Shown: in pieces, positions 13,641 to 26,691 of the stretch
How the letters are laid out: each line of letters begins with the position of its first letter
How positions within the stretch are numbered: the first letter of the stretch is position 1
Assembly (NCBI GenBank): GCA_030390025.1
Contig: CM059432.1
Location: forward strand, 73,286,001 to 73,350,000
Source: Squalus acanthias
Lineage: Eukaryota
Direction: 5' to 3'
DNA length: 64,000 nt
Notes under the pieces: generated by a model
Database searches by the model: none
Seen by the model: only the letters and a program-made list of their open reading frames with translations
Told to the model about the DNA's origin: nothing
Program-made: the position numbers and the translations under genes

Positions 13641-13829
13641 GCGGTTTGATAAGGTAAGCCAGAAATTTTTCTTCCACTGATCAGTGAATGAGTAACTAGA
13701 AAACATAAATTTAAGATGCTCATCCAAAGAATGAAGGAAGAGGTTAGGAGAATTTGTTTACACAGAGTTGTTAGGACATGGAATGCTATACCAGAAACAG
13801 TGATGGCAGCAGAATCCATAATAGCTTTT

Positions 13830-14065
13830 AACAACAACAACAACTTGTATTTATATAGCGCCTTTAACGTAGTAAAATGTCCCAAGGCACTTCACAGGAG
13901 TGTTATATGAGTAAAAAATTGCCACCTAGACACATAAGAAATTAGGCAGATGTCCAAAAGTTTGGTTAAAGAGGTAGGTTTTGAGGAACGTCTTAAAGGA
14001 GGAAAGAGAGGTAGAGAGGCGGAGAGGTTTAGGGAGGGAGTTCCAGAGCTAAGGGCCAAGGCAGC
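13830..14065 (-). mobile_element. L2 LINE 3' fragment
   Basis: Second copy of the same (CAA)n-tailed sequence as 13262-13500. Confidence 0.8.
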
Positions 14066-15523
14066 TCATAGCCAATAAATAACCAAAAACAGAAGTAATT
14101 CTGTATTTAACAGTGGAGCATACATTGACATCCACAAGGACCCAATATGAGGGTTTCTTAAAAAGGAAATGGATAAATATTTTGAAAAGAGAAGTTTAAA
14201 AGAAGCATAGGAAAAGGGCAGGAGAATGATACTAAGCTTTTGGAGCCAACATAGGCATGATGGGCCAAATGGTCTCCTTCTGTGACTGAAATTCAGTTGT
14301 GCCTGGAACTCAGATGGAGCAGGACTTCCACCTGCCTTCAGGAAGTGCACAGCTCTTTTGTTGCTGATCATACATGTCCGTACTCCAGCACAATGTTCCC
14401 TCTAAATTTTTTTTTCATGCACGGTCCCTTTAACTGACTGCGCGGCCCATTCAAATTTTTGCGCATGCGTGGCTCCTTCCATGTAGAAGCCGGTGAGCGG
14501 CCCATGCAGGACCTCCTGACCGTTAGCTCCAGCAATGCAAATACGTAAACAGCAAACTTACAACTGACACCCTTTTTCAATGGGCTTCACAGATAAATTG
14601 TTCCAACACAACTCACCAAATGATGCACTCCCCTCCCCCCACAGTTGAACTCCCAGCACCTGACCCAAATAAACTGGGAGCTTGCTATGAATAATTCATT
14701 AGGATTGAGTTGGAAAATCCCAACAGTTTGACCCAGTGAGAAGACAGCAGGCATTATGTTTTTCTTTTCCCATCTCAGCCTTGCTGGTATCTTGTACTGT
14801 GAAACCTGGCCTTCGCTCTAGCTTATTTTTATTCTGTTAAATATTTAGCACTGAAAGAAACAAGCGTAGAAAGTTTCAAGGAATACTGGTTGAGTCGCTA
14901 TTGTACTCCATAACGTAGTTATAGTGCATTTGTATTTTTCTTTTTACTGACTAGATTTGCCAGAAATATAAGCCATATATTCATTATGGAGTAAAAAGAA
15001 AATAAAAACCTTTAAATGCTGGAAATCTGAAATAAAAACAGAAAAATGCTGGAAATACACAACATATCCATTTCCACTGGAAAAGAGAAAATATGGGCTG
15101 ATGCTTTGGGTGTCAGAACTGTCTGTTGACGCATTCATCTATTTTGAATCTTTTCAAATGCTAGCAGACCTGCTGTACATTTCCAATACTTTTATTTCTT
15201 TTATTGTTGAAGTCAGCAGAGTTTGTACTTCTACATTATACTTATTATATGGGAACCATAAGCGTGATAGGAAGTATATTACAAGTGAGCCTGTTTAGAA
15301 TTCCCCTTGGAAATTTTCTGCTGGAAGACCACAATCCATTCTTGCGGGGTTCCATTTCCTCCTCCCCATCTTCCAGCACTCCAAAGGTCAATACTTGAAG
15401 CACTTCTCAAAAAGAGGTTTGCTTGGAGAAAATTCTGAAAATAAAATAGAGGAAGGCATGTTCCCTCCATAGCGAAGTCACAGTGAGGAGGCAGTACAGC
15501 AAATATAAACGGTTAAATCACAT

Positions 15524-16417
15524 GGGGTAAAAATTCACTTGGTTGCGCCTCCCGTTAGCGCCTTAAGAGGGCGCTAATGGGGCGCAAAGCCGCTAACGCC
15601 CGTGCGCAGCGATGTTTGCACCGCTCGAGAACTTAACTTGAGATTGTGCGGCGGCGCTAAAACTTACCGCTGCGACCACCTGCGCGCGCAGATTGTGACG
15701 TCATTCCATGGTGCAACGCCCTTGTGGCGCCCCGGAGCGGAAATTGAGTGGCGCCCCCTGCCTTACCGCCTGGCGCATCCAACGACCAGAAGACTGGAAC
15801 GCTATCAATCGCTGTGGGGCTGGGGGGGGGCGCTATTTAAAGGGGGCCTCTTCCTGTCTTTTATTGTTGGTGGCATTTTTGAACTACGCATTCTGAGAGA
15901 GAGAGGGAGAGACTTCTGGAGAGATTCAACGTTGTGGGAAGGAGTTTTGGGCACTGAGCAGCACTTTGCAGGTTCATTTTGATTTGCCATTCCTTGTATC
16001 AATTTAGCAGAGACTGTGGGAGCTGCACTCTGAGCTCTTTGCCTGGTACTCTCAATTGTTCTTTCCAGCACATTTGATGTGCAAGTCTCTCCAGGCCGAG
16101 ATTCAAGGCTGCAATGAACAGGATGTGGATGGAAAGCAAGATTAACCATCCCCTTTAAGAACTGGCCCGTGCCATTGTGTGTGTGTTCCATTGCTGACTG
16201 ACATTACATGAGCTTCGCCAGCGCTCTGAGTTAGCGCCTCGCTCCTTGGCCTTTGCGCCTTAAGACAGGTGTGCAGCGCCTGCTTTAGCGCTCCACTCAC
16301 CTCCCGGGGCGGTAAAAGTGAAGTTTCCTGTCAGTGCCGATAATTAGCGCCAGGCGCTAATATTTGCGTCCAGACGATATTTGCGCCCCAAATGGGGCGC
16401 GACCTAATTTCTACCCC
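15524..16417. mobile_element. Harbinger MITE, lineage A (894 bp)
   Basis: TIRs GGGGTAAAAATT and AATTTCTACCCC, TSD CAT; near identical to 40758-41650; ends homologous to 32796-36976. Confidence 0.95.
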
Positions 16418-17119
16418 CATGTGTTTAATTTTAGACTCCATAGAAGCCAAATGTTTCATCTTCCTTATGTCACCTTATCTCAATGGAACTTTGATGATCA
16501 AGGTGGATCTCCATGTAATCATTTTTAATACTTTCAAACAATATTGTGTATACACGCTTAATCAATTCGACCTATCCCTGGTTGCACAATAAGAAGTTTT
16601 CTAAAGAAGGTTAGAAAAAGAGTCTGTAGTTTTGCATTGGTTTAGCCATGCAAGTAGTGATAAGGGCCCCAATTTTAATGGGGGGTGGGGTGGGAGGAAT
16701 GATGCGCGTGAGCCCTGAAGTGGGTGACGCACCTGGACTCAACTGAGATGTTAAGGCCCAACTGATTTTAACGGTTGAGCCTTATTACCATAAATGTTCT
16801 CTGACTCACACCTGAACACAGCCAGATCTGCTCTCTGGCCAGTGGGCGGGAATTTGGGGACAGGAACGATCTCCGGCAATCGGGTAAGTGGTGAGAGTCT
16901 CTGGATGCAATCGCGGAGGGGTTGGGGGGGGCGGAGCCTGGGGCAATTGAGGCCCAAGGCTTTCTTGTGAGGTGCGCAGGAGCACTCCTGCTCCTCCTAG
17001 ACCACCAGGAAACCTGAAATAAAATGTAATAACTTACCTGCCTGGGCCTCTTCTGGCCCACGATCCACCTCCCAACAGATCTGGCCTGATGAGGAAACCG
17101 TCACTGCTCCCCAGCTCAG

Positions 17120-17482
17120 GATGTCCAAAAGCACTTTATAGCCAATGAATTACTTTGGAAGTGTCATCACTGTTGTAATGTAGGAAATGCAGCTGCCGAT
17201 TTGTGCACAGCAAGGTCCCACGAACAGCAATTAAATAATGACCAGTTAATTTGTTTTAGTGATTGGTTGAGAGATAAATATTGGCCAGGACACCAGGAGA
17301 ACTTCCCTGCTCTTTTTTGAATAATGGCATGGAATCTTTTGCGTCCACCTGAGAGAGCAGTCAGGGCCTCGGTTTAATGTCTCATCCGAAAGATAGAACT
17401 TCCGACAGTGTAGCACTCCCTCAGCACTGCACTGGAGTGTCAGCCTAGATTATGTGCTCAAATCTCTGGAGTGGGACTTGAA
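17120..17482 (-). mobile_element. DeuSINE (SacSINE1-like)
   Basis: Deu domain GGCCTCGGTTTAATGTCTCATCCGAAAGA..CACTGCACTGGAGTGTCAGCCTAG. Confidence 0.85.
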
Positions 17483-17624
17483 TGAGATCACGGACCCTTT
17501 CAGACAAAATGGATCAGGTACTGTTTAACTCAATAAACTTGGGTATATTACTGGAGTTGATATTATCGGTAATAAGTAATTTATGTGAAACAGGACATTC
17601 AATTTGATTCTGTTTATATGTTTT

Positions 17625-18160
17625 ACAACAACAATAACTTGCATTTTATACAGCACATTTAACATTGAAAAGTGTCCCAAGGTGCTTTGCAGAGGGAATA
17701 TTGACAAGAATGGACATGAGCCATGAGTTAGAAGGGATGACTGAAAGTTTGGCAAAAAGGATTATAAAGGTGGAGAGAGAAGAGAAGTAGGGAGGGGTTT
17801 AAGGAGGGAGTTCCAGAGACTAGAATTGAGGTGGATGAAAGCTGTGCCACCAATTGTGAGGTGAAGGAAAGGGAAATGCACAGATGGCCAAAGTTGATGG
17901 ACTATAGTGTGCAGGAGGGGATGTAAGGCTGGAGGAGGTTGCAATGGTAGGATGAGGTGATTTGAAGTCATGGATGGATTTGAAGATAAGGAAGAGAACT
18001 TCAAATTGAAGGCATTCGGAGGCAGAGAGCCAGTGTAAATCAGTGAGGATAGGGGTGATGTGCGAGTGGGGCAGTGCAGGACAGGAAACAGGCAGTTGAG
18101 TTTTGAATGAGTAGAATTTATGGATGGAGAAGGATGGGACACCAGCAAGGAAGACAGTGA
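17625..18160 (-). mobile_element. L2 LINE 3' fragment
   Basis: SHITPILTDLHWL and IGGTAF..LWNSL motifs; (CAA)n tail. Confidence 0.8.
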
Positions 18161-18961
18161 AGAAGTTGGTTGGGACTTTCCACTTTGGTGACAACCCAGA
18201 GTGAAATCGTCATATTAAGCTTTGCATCGATCCGACGTGACTGCCCCTGACCTCAGTGTATTTTCAAGGGTAGCTTAGTTACCATAGTTTTGGTGGGATG
18301 CTGCTGGGATATCCTGTATCAGGATGCCCTCTGGGTGGGGGGAAAATGGCTGCTGCAGGCCTCAGACACCTGCAGCAGCAGAGCGAGGCTAGCCGTCTGT
18401 GGGTCCAATTTAGAAAGATGTTTATAAATTTTCAGAGTAAGTGACTGCAGCCAATCACTTCATGATCGATTGCACGTGTTTAAGGGTCCATTTAACATTT
18501 ATATTCCCTCCCACACACCAAAGCAATGTTGGACACTGGTAGCATACTGACATACCTTGTGTCCAACGTTGCTATCATGGGAACTAGGATGCATGGTTTC
18601 ATCCCATGGTTACTGCATGCTTTAAATACACCCATCCATATTTGGGCAGGTATATTCAAAGGCTATCGTCCTTTCCAGCAAAAATATTCCATAAATGATA
18701 ACGACTGCCAGCCGAACAGCTCCCTTCCTGATTTTCCACATGCCACAATATGCCTGAAATTGACAGGGAGTATAAGATCCTGCCTACCGTGACTAGAGGT
18801 GACAAAAGCGTGAGTAAGGGTGAGGTAGCGGGGGTGGGGAGGGGGGCGGGGGTTGGGGGTTTGGGGGGTGAGGTCAGGGGGAGGTGGAGTACAGCAGTGT
18901 TGCAAAGGTGGAAGTCAGCTGTCCTGTTGGATAAGATGTGGGGTTTGAAATTCAACTCTAA

Positions 18962-19849
18962 GGGGGAGAAATTCGGTATCGCCCCGTTTGCGGGGCAATT
19001 ATCGGCCGGGCGCAAAGTTTAGCGCCTGGCGCTAATTATCGCCTCTGACAGCAAACTTGGCTTCTATCGCCCCTGGAGGTGATTGGAGCGCAAAATCAGG
19101 CGCTACACACCTCTCTTAAGGCGTTAACACCGAGGAGCGAGGCACTACCTCAGAGAGCTGGAGAAGCTCATGTGATGTCAGTTAGCAATGGAACACAGAC
19201 ACACTGGCGCCGGCCAGTTCTTAAAGGGGAGGGTCAATCTTGCTCTCCATCCACACCCTGCTCATTGCAGCCTTGAATCTCGGCCTGGAGAGACCTGTAC
19301 ATCAAATCTGCTGGAAAGAACAATGGAGAGTACCAGTGAAAGAGCTCTGAGTGCAGCCCCCACAGTCTCTTCTAAATCGATGCAAGGAAGGTCAAATCAA
19401 AATGAACCTGCAAAGTGCTGCTCAGTACCCAAAACTCCTTCACACAGCATTGAATCTCTCCAGAAGTCTCTCTCTCTCTCAGAATGTGTGGTGCAAAAAT
19501 GTCGCCAACAAAAAAAGGCAGGAAGCGGTCGCCTTTAAATAGCGCTCCCCAGTCCCTTCCGACTGCAAAACGTTCCCTTCAACCTGTCGTTGCTAGTGGT
19601 AGGCGGTAAGGCAGTGGGTGCCACTCAATATCTGGTCCGGGGCGCTACCAGGGCGTTGCACGCTCGACTGACGTCACGATCTGCAGGCGCAGGAGATCGT
19701 GGCGGTCGTGTTTAGCGCCGCCACAAAATGCCTGGTCAATTTCGCGAGCGGCGCAAACATCGACGCGCCCGGGCGCTAGTTGTTTTGCGCCCCATTAGCG
19801 CCCTCTTAGGGCACTAACGGGAGGCACAAAGCAACCGAATTTTTCCCCC
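18962..19849. mobile_element. Harbinger MITE, lineage A, diverged copy in the opposite orientation (888 bp)
   Basis: TIRs GGGGGAGAAATTCGGT and ACCGAATTTTTCCCCC; same internal junction as the 15524 and 40758 copies. Confidence 0.9.
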
Positions 19850-19981
19850 TTGGTCTATTTGGAAATGATTCTGAACTCTGCCGCTTTGCTCTAATTTTTT
19901 TTTACTTTAGAAGGATAGTTAGCTCTATGTAACCATCCAACTGAACACTCTACATGGTGACCTGCTCAAGTGAGAAACACT

Positions 19982-22477
19982 GGGGTTAACGTGGATAATC
20001 CCCAAAAACGGATGCAGGAATCACGATTAACCCACGCCCGTTCATTGCGATGCAGGCAGCACCTTAAATTTGTGCTACCTGCTTTTGTAAATGATTGCTG
20101 CGTGCAGCCAGTGCTACTCGCGCTGTTCATTGGCTGCATGCTTCAGCAGGGGGCCCGATATCGCCAGTGCCTAGCGCTACTTAAAGGCAGCTTGCACCTC
20201 TTAAAGGGGCGGTGCATTGTAGCTGGAACAGGTGGTGGGAGTTGTTTCAGAAGTGAATCTGTCCTGTGAAAGAGTGAAGGATGGCTGACCATGCGAGAGA
20301 GCGTGCAGCAAGGATCCCAGACACTGCATGGGAGGTCTTGGTGGAAGAGGTGGAAAGAAGAAGAGATGACTTGTATCCTCGAGAGGAGGCCCTCCAGACA
20401 CATGCTCAGGAGGCAGTGGGAAGAAATAGCAGAGGAGGTCATGGATACAGTGCTGGAAGAAGTTCAATGATCTTACATGAGTTGTCAAGGTCAATAAGTT
20501 AATCTTGAAATGGCACATCCGACCAACTGCACTGCTAGCCTCATCCACTGCTAAAATCACTACATCCCCATCACCCACCTACCAACAATCTCTATCAATC
20601 AGGGCTCAACCCTACTATTCATATACTTTACCTCATCCTCACACACTTAGCACTGTCGCAAGCCTCACACCCACAACTCACAGATCGCACACACTGGCAG
20701 CTATTCAGCCATGACAGCCACATCACCCAAACATATTGCAGGATACTCACTGACACGCTTCCCATTTTCTTGCAGGAGGAGGCGGTGCATAACAGGAGGC
20801 AGCAGGAAAGAATTGCAGGAGAACAAGCACGCCTGCATGTTTTAACCCCCATGGAGGAGACAGTGCTGGTCATCATGGAAAGGGGCATCGCTGAGGCCAT
20901 GGCCACTGGTGGCGCTGAAGCGATTGATGATGAGAGTATCAGCATATCTAATCCTCCTTCTCTCATCCCACTTCCCCATCCTCCTTCTCTCATCCCACTT
21001 CCCCCTCATCCTTCAATTTCCTCTGATTGGGAAGCTGTAGAAGGTGTAAGCAGGCACTTCTTACTTTCTCCTCTCCACTACCACAACCCAACCCTTGTCT
21101 TTTTTTCATTTCAGATACCCAAGAACTGGAACTTGCCCAGTTAGTGGAGGAAGGGGAGGAAGAAAGTGACAGTGGCTCCATGGAGTACGAACCTGCTGTC
21201 CTCTCTCAGGATGACAGCATTTGTTCTCCCACCACTGCCACACTGCCAGTGCCCTTGCTGTTGCCTGTCAGCCAGCCAGCCCAGACTGTTGCAGCCCAGG
21301 CCAAGATGGTGCAGTCTGAAGCCGGGTCTTCCAGGCCCAGAGCTGCTCGAGGTCACCCTCAAAGGCCATCTGAAGTGCTTCCTCCTCAGCTTCTTGCCTG
21401 ATAGGTGCTGGCAAGGACTGCTCCTTCATAATGGTAAGGTTGTGCAGCATGCAGCATACCACCACAAATCTTGAGACCTGCTCAGCTGAGTACTGCAGAG
21501 CTCCTCCAGAGTGGTGCAGGTGGCGGAAGCATTGCGTGAGGATGCCGATGGTGTGCTCTGTAATGTTCCTTGTGGCAGAATGGTTCTCATTGTAGGCCTG
21601 CTGTGCACTTGTGCCGTGGGTTCCGGATCGGGGTCATGAGCCATGTCATTAGTGGATAACCCTTGTCACCCAGTAGCCAACCTTTGACTTGCTGTGGTGG
21701 TTCAAATACAGCTGGCACAGAGGACTGTCACAGAATGAAGGAATTGTGACTACTGCCAGGATACCGGGCATTGGCCTGCATGATGCGCTGCCTGTGGTCG
21801 CACACCAGCTGCACATTGAGGGGGTGGAATCCATTTCCGTTCTGGAAAATGGCTGAGTTGACATGAGGCAGACGCAAAGCAATGTGAATACAGTCAATGG
21901 CACCCTGCACCATGAGGAAGCCTGCAATCCGAGCAAACCAAGCGGAAAACCTATCAGGTCACCCATGTCTGGAAGCAGCTTGTTTCAGCATAAGCCTTTA
22001 AATCACCAAAAAAGTACTTCAGCACCAGCCAGACCACTCCCTGTAGACTATTCAAACTGTAGACAAGTATAGAAAAGCTCCAAAAATGCCTAGATTTGCA
22101 CCAGCAGACAGAAGAAATAATCCAGCAACTAACCTGTAAGTAGTTCATGATCCCTTTAAGTAGCGCTGGTGGGGGGTCCTTGATGCCATTTAACATTTTG
22201 TTCAGCTGTGTGAGGTGAAGTAGGCTGCAGCGTGGAGCTCAAAAAGTGCAGCGCTGGCATCAAATCAGCGTTGCACACTGATTGATGTCATAATCTGTCT
22301 GCTCTTCATGCTGCTGGTGGTCGTTAGGTGAGCGTGCGCGCAAACCCCTTTACCAAGATGGCATCCGCTACACTTCCCGTTGGAAGTGCGCACATGCATC
22401 TTGGATTCCGTTTTCCACTGTTAGGAGGCCGTGTAGTGCCTAAAAAAAGGGTGTTACTGAGCCCAAATTAGCTACCC
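19982..22477. mobile_element. Decayed, internally deleted Harbinger (Myb remnants on + 20281-21375; transposase remnants on - about 21380-21960)
   Basis: MADHARERAARIPDTAWEVLVEEVERRRDDLYP; AVHNRRQQER; MVQGAIDCIHIAL..LNVQLVCDH..YPGSSH. Confidence 0.85.
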
Positions 22478-23244
22478 ATTATTCTTTTAGCTTAGAACAT
22501 AAAAGATAAAAGCCAAGTAGTGGGGAAGGGGATGGTATGAATTTGGGGCAGAATCTTGATAATTGGCTGTCTGCCCCATTTAAGCTTCTCAAGAAATCCA
22601 GATTCGGCGGCAGGGGGCAAGGTGTTTCTTCTACACAGCAAGAACTTTGGGGGCCGTTTGCAGTTGCTCCGAGGCTACCTGGGAATTCTGAAAGAAGTGG
22701 TCCGATATGCCAAACGGGACCTATGGTCACTGAGAGGAGGCAGTAGGTCCCATTCTGGGCTGAGCAAAGGTTCCAGGAGTGAGCAATGTAAAGGTAATCA
22801 AATCCAGAGGGATTGGGTTCCACTGCCTCTGTTGGTCAGGCACCCCACTGTACTGATACAGGCATGGGCACCCACACATATTATACAAATGATCCTTGCC
22901 TGGGATTTGGGATGTGATTTCCGACAGGTTAAAGTGGTAGGCAGAGGTTCTGCCCTGCTGTATTTCCACTGGTGCAACAGTACCTTGGAATTTGCTCTCT
23001 AAAACATTTGTCAGTCAATTTAACTGGAGAAGTCAGATCTTAAACTAATCAGAGCAGCCAGCCCAAGGGACAGCTTCACTGTTGTTGAAATTAATTTCAT
23101 AGCCAGATTAGGATCTGTATTCTTGGATTGTGTCCAACAAGGCAGAGAAACAGAGGTTTGTTGGGCTGGATTTTCCTTCTTATAACCGCCTGTTTTTCAG
23201 TGGTTTGGGGGCACTTAAAAGAGGAAAATGGGGCAGTGTAGTAA

Positions 23245-23612
23245 CAAGTGCACTAGTGAGTGGTTATGACATAGTGCCAGAGGTAGTGAATTCAAATCCC
23301 ACCATGGTTAATTATGAAACTGAACTCAATCATCTGGTGATTTGTGGACTGGCACCAGAAAAATGATGATGTACACTACTGCATAGTTACAAAAACCCAG
23401 TTGATTCACTAATGCTCTTCAGGGAATGGAACCTGCCGCCCTACCCTGTCTGGCCTAAATTCGACTCTAGTATACACTGGACAGTATGGGTTGACTGTTA
23501 ACACCCTTTGAAGTGGCCAAGTAAACGAGTCAGTTGCAAAAGCAATTGCTAGAAGAAGGCCCACCACCTTCTAAGGGTACCTTAGGATAGGTAATAAATT
23601 GGTCATGCTGAC
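23245..23612 (+). mobile_element. Old tRNA-derived SINE sharing its 3' tail with the LINE at 26550-31262
   Basis: B-box-like GAATTCAAATCCC; tail GAAGAAGGCCCACCACCTTCT..TTAGGATAGGTAATAAAT resembles 31160-31215. Confidence 0.6.
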
Positions 23613-23703
23613 AAAAAGAAAGAAAGACTTGCATTTATATAGCGCCTTTCAAGACCACCGGACGTCCCAAAGCGCTTTACAGCCAATGAAGTATTTTTTG
23701 AAG

Positions 23704-25080
23704 TAGAAACATAGAAACATAGAAAAATAGGAGCAGGAGTAGGCCATTCGGCCCTTCGAGCCTGCTACGCCATTCAATATGATCATGGCTGATCCTCTAT
23801 CTCAATACCATATTCTCTCCATACCACTTGATGCCTTTTGTGTCTAGAAATCTATCTATCTCCTTCTTAAATATATTCAGTGACTTGGCCTCCACAGCCT
23901 TCTGTGGTAGAGAATTCCACAGGTTCACCACCCTCTGAGTAAAGAAATTTCTCCTCATCTCAGTCCTAAATGTCCTAACCCGTATCCTGAGACTGTGACC
24001 CCTCGTTCTAGACCCCCCCAGCCAGGGGAAACATTCTTCCTGCATCCAGTCTGTCTAGCCCTGTCAGAATTTTATACGTTTCAATGGGATCCCCTCTCAT
24101 TCTTCTAAACTCTAGTGAATACAGGCCTAGTCGACCCAATCTCTCCTCATACGACAGTCCTGCCATCCCAGGAATCAGTCTGGTGAACCTTCGCTGCACT
24201 CCCTCTATGGCAGGTATATCTTTTCTTAGATAAGGAGACCAAAACTGCACACAGTACTCCAGGTGTGGTCTCACCAAGGCCCTGTATAACTGTAGTAAGA
24301 CATCCTTGCTCCTGTACTCAAATCCTCTTGCAATGAAGGCCAACATACTATTTGCCTTCCTAACTGCTTGCTGCACCTGCATGTTTGCTTTCAGTGACTG
24401 GTGTACAAGGACACCCAGGTCCCTCTGTACATCAGCATTTCCCAATCTATCACCATTTAAATAATACTCTGCCTTTCTGTTTTGCCTACTGAAGTGGATA
24501 ACTTCACATTTATCCACGTTATACTGCATCTGCCATGTGTTTGCCCACTCACTCAACTTGTCTAAATCGCCTTGAAGCCTCTTTGCATCCTTCTCACAAC
24601 TCACAATCCCACCTAGTTTTGTGTCGTCAGCAAACTTGGAAATATTACATTTGGTTCCCTTATCCAAATCATTGATATATATTGTGAATAGCTGGGGCCC
24701 AAGCACTGATCCCTGCGGTACCCCACTAGTCACCGCCTGCCACCCCGAAAAAGACCCATTTATGCCTACTCTCTGTTTCCTGTCTGTTAACCAATTTTCA
24801 ATCCATGCCAGTATATAACCCCCAATCCCATGTGCTTTAATTTTGCGCACTAACCTCTTATGTGGGACTTTATCAAAGGCCTTCTGAAAATCCAAATACA
24901 CCACATCCACTGGTTCTCCCTTATCTATTCTACCAGTTACATCCTCAAAAAACTCCAGTCGGTTTGTCAAACACGATTTCCCTTTCATAAATCCATGTTG
25001 ACTTTGTCTAATCCCGTTGATATTTTCTGTGTCCTGTTATCACATCCTTTATAATAGACTCTAGGATTTTCCCTACTACT
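23704..25080 (-). mobile_element. CR1 LINE, 5'-truncated (RT ORF 24008-24988)
   Basis: [23 protein letters not shown]; (TTTCTATG)n tail. Confidence 0.95.
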
Positions 25081-25418
25081 ACTACTGTGTAATAATGTAG
25101 GAAACACGACAGCCAATTTGTGCACAGCAAGCTCACACAAATAATGACCAGATAATCTGTTTTTTAGTGATGTTGATTGAGGGATAAATATTGGCCAGGA
25201 CACCGGGGATAATTCCCCTGCTCTTCTTCGGAATAGTGCCATGGGATCTTTTACATCTACCTGAGAAAGCAGACGGAGCCTTGATTTAACATCTCATCCG
25301 AACGACGGCACCTCCAACAGTGCAGCCCTCCCCCAGCACTGCACTGGAGTGTCAGCCTAGATTTTTGTGCTCACGTCTCTGGAGTGGGAATTGAACCCAC
25401 AACACGGTTCAACTCGAA

Positions 25419-25868
25419 GGGCAACACGGTGGCATAGTGGTTAGCACTGGTGCTGCACAGCGCCAGGGACCCGGGTTCGAATCTGACCTCAGGTAACTGT
25501 CTGTGTGGAGTTTGCACATTCTCCCCGTGTCTGCGTGGGTTTCCTCCGGGTGCTCCGGTTTCCTCCCACAGTCCAAAAATGTGCGGGTTAGGTTGATTTG
25601 GCTATGATAAATTGACCCTTAGTGTTAGGGGGGGATTAAGTATGTGGGGTTATGGGGATAGGATGGGATATGTTAGGGGGAATTAAATACGTGGGGTTAC
25701 GGGGATAGGGTGGGATAGGTGCAGGCTCGATGTGGGGATTCTGTGTGAGAAAGCAGGGACAGGGTACTGGATTTGGATGATCAGCCATGATCGTATTGAA
25801 TGGTGGAGCAGGCTCGACGGGCCGAATGGCCTACTCCTGCTCCTAGTTTCTATGTTTCTATGTTTCTA
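25419..25868 (+). mobile_element. HE1-type V-SINE with CR1-derived tail
   Basis: A box TGGCATAGTGG, B box GGTTCGAATC, V domain TGCGTGGGTTTCCTCCGGGTGCTCCGGTTTCCTCCCAC, CR1 tail; probable TSD ACAAC. Confidence 0.9.
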
Positions 25869-26084
25869 CAACCTTCTGTCTCAGAGGCAGGAGTGCTACC
25901 AACTGAGCCACGGCTGACGTTCCAAGAACAAATAAAAAAATACATTTCCAAGCAGTTTCTAGTGACCTTTTTCATATTAGTCAGGCAGCAGCTCACCATT
26001 GTATAAAGAAAGTCACTCATGCTTTCTTCATTTGAGCCTTGCCGTTTAATGCCTGCTTCATGGAACCTAGAAAACAAAGAGAGA

Positions 26085-26545
26085 GCAATCCAATTCTAAA
26101 GACTGACAGGGTTTCCACAGGTGAAAGAAGCAATTGACGGAACGCATGTGTCACTCAAAGCCCGATATGTCAACCTCCTCAATTTCATAAACAAGGAAGG
26201 ATTTGATTCAAATGACACGCAGCCAGAGTGTAATGCCAGTCACCTTATCCTGCACATTAATGCTGCTATCTGGGAAGATATCATAACGCTTTCATCATGC
26301 ACCAATCCATTATAACAGCTTGGATGACTCAAAACCACATATCAGGATGGTTGTTTGAGGATCAGGGTTATTCTCTACAGCCGTAGCTTATGACTTTAGT
26401 ACAGCATCTGCAGACAGAGGGGGAGAACAAATATACTGAGGCCCATGGCACTACAGGAACTGTGATAGAGAAGACCAATGGTATTCTGAACTCTCATTTC
26501 AGGTGTCATGATAAATCCGGTGGAGCCCCGCGGTACAGCCCATCC
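26085..26545 (+). pseudogene. Old Harbinger transposase fragment
   Basis: AIDGTHVSLKA, GWLFEDQGY, IEKTNGIL..FRC.DKSGGA. Confidence 0.75.
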
Positions 26546-26691
26546 AGGACTACATGAATGCTAAAAAGCGGAAGCAGCATGCTATAGACAGGGCTAAGCA
26601 ATCCCACAATTAACGGATCAGATCAAAGCTCTGCAGTCCTGCCACATCCAGTCGTGAATGGTGGTGGACCATGAACAACTAACGGGAGGAG

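Larger units (their letters stand above)
12780..14290 (+). mobile_element. Old CR1 LINE 3' fragment interrupted by two L2 fragments
   Basis: LVWPQLKYCIQFWVPYFRKDIKAMERVQ; CR1 tail GGGCCAAATGGTCTCCTTCTGTG. Confidence 0.8.
23615..25918 (-). mobile_element. Full-length DeuSINE split into three pieces (23615-23703, 25085-25403, 25869-25918) by CR1 and HE1 insertions
   Basis: Pieces are collinear: tail, Deu domain, then tRNA-like head GTCAGCCGTGGCTCAGTTGGTAGCAC. Confidence 0.85.

Noticed and set aside
15279..15470. Possible host exon on the minus strand
   Set aside because: Acceptor-like site present but no recognisable product or partner exons
25419..25490. tRNA gene
   Set aside because: It is the tRNA-derived head of an HE1 SINE
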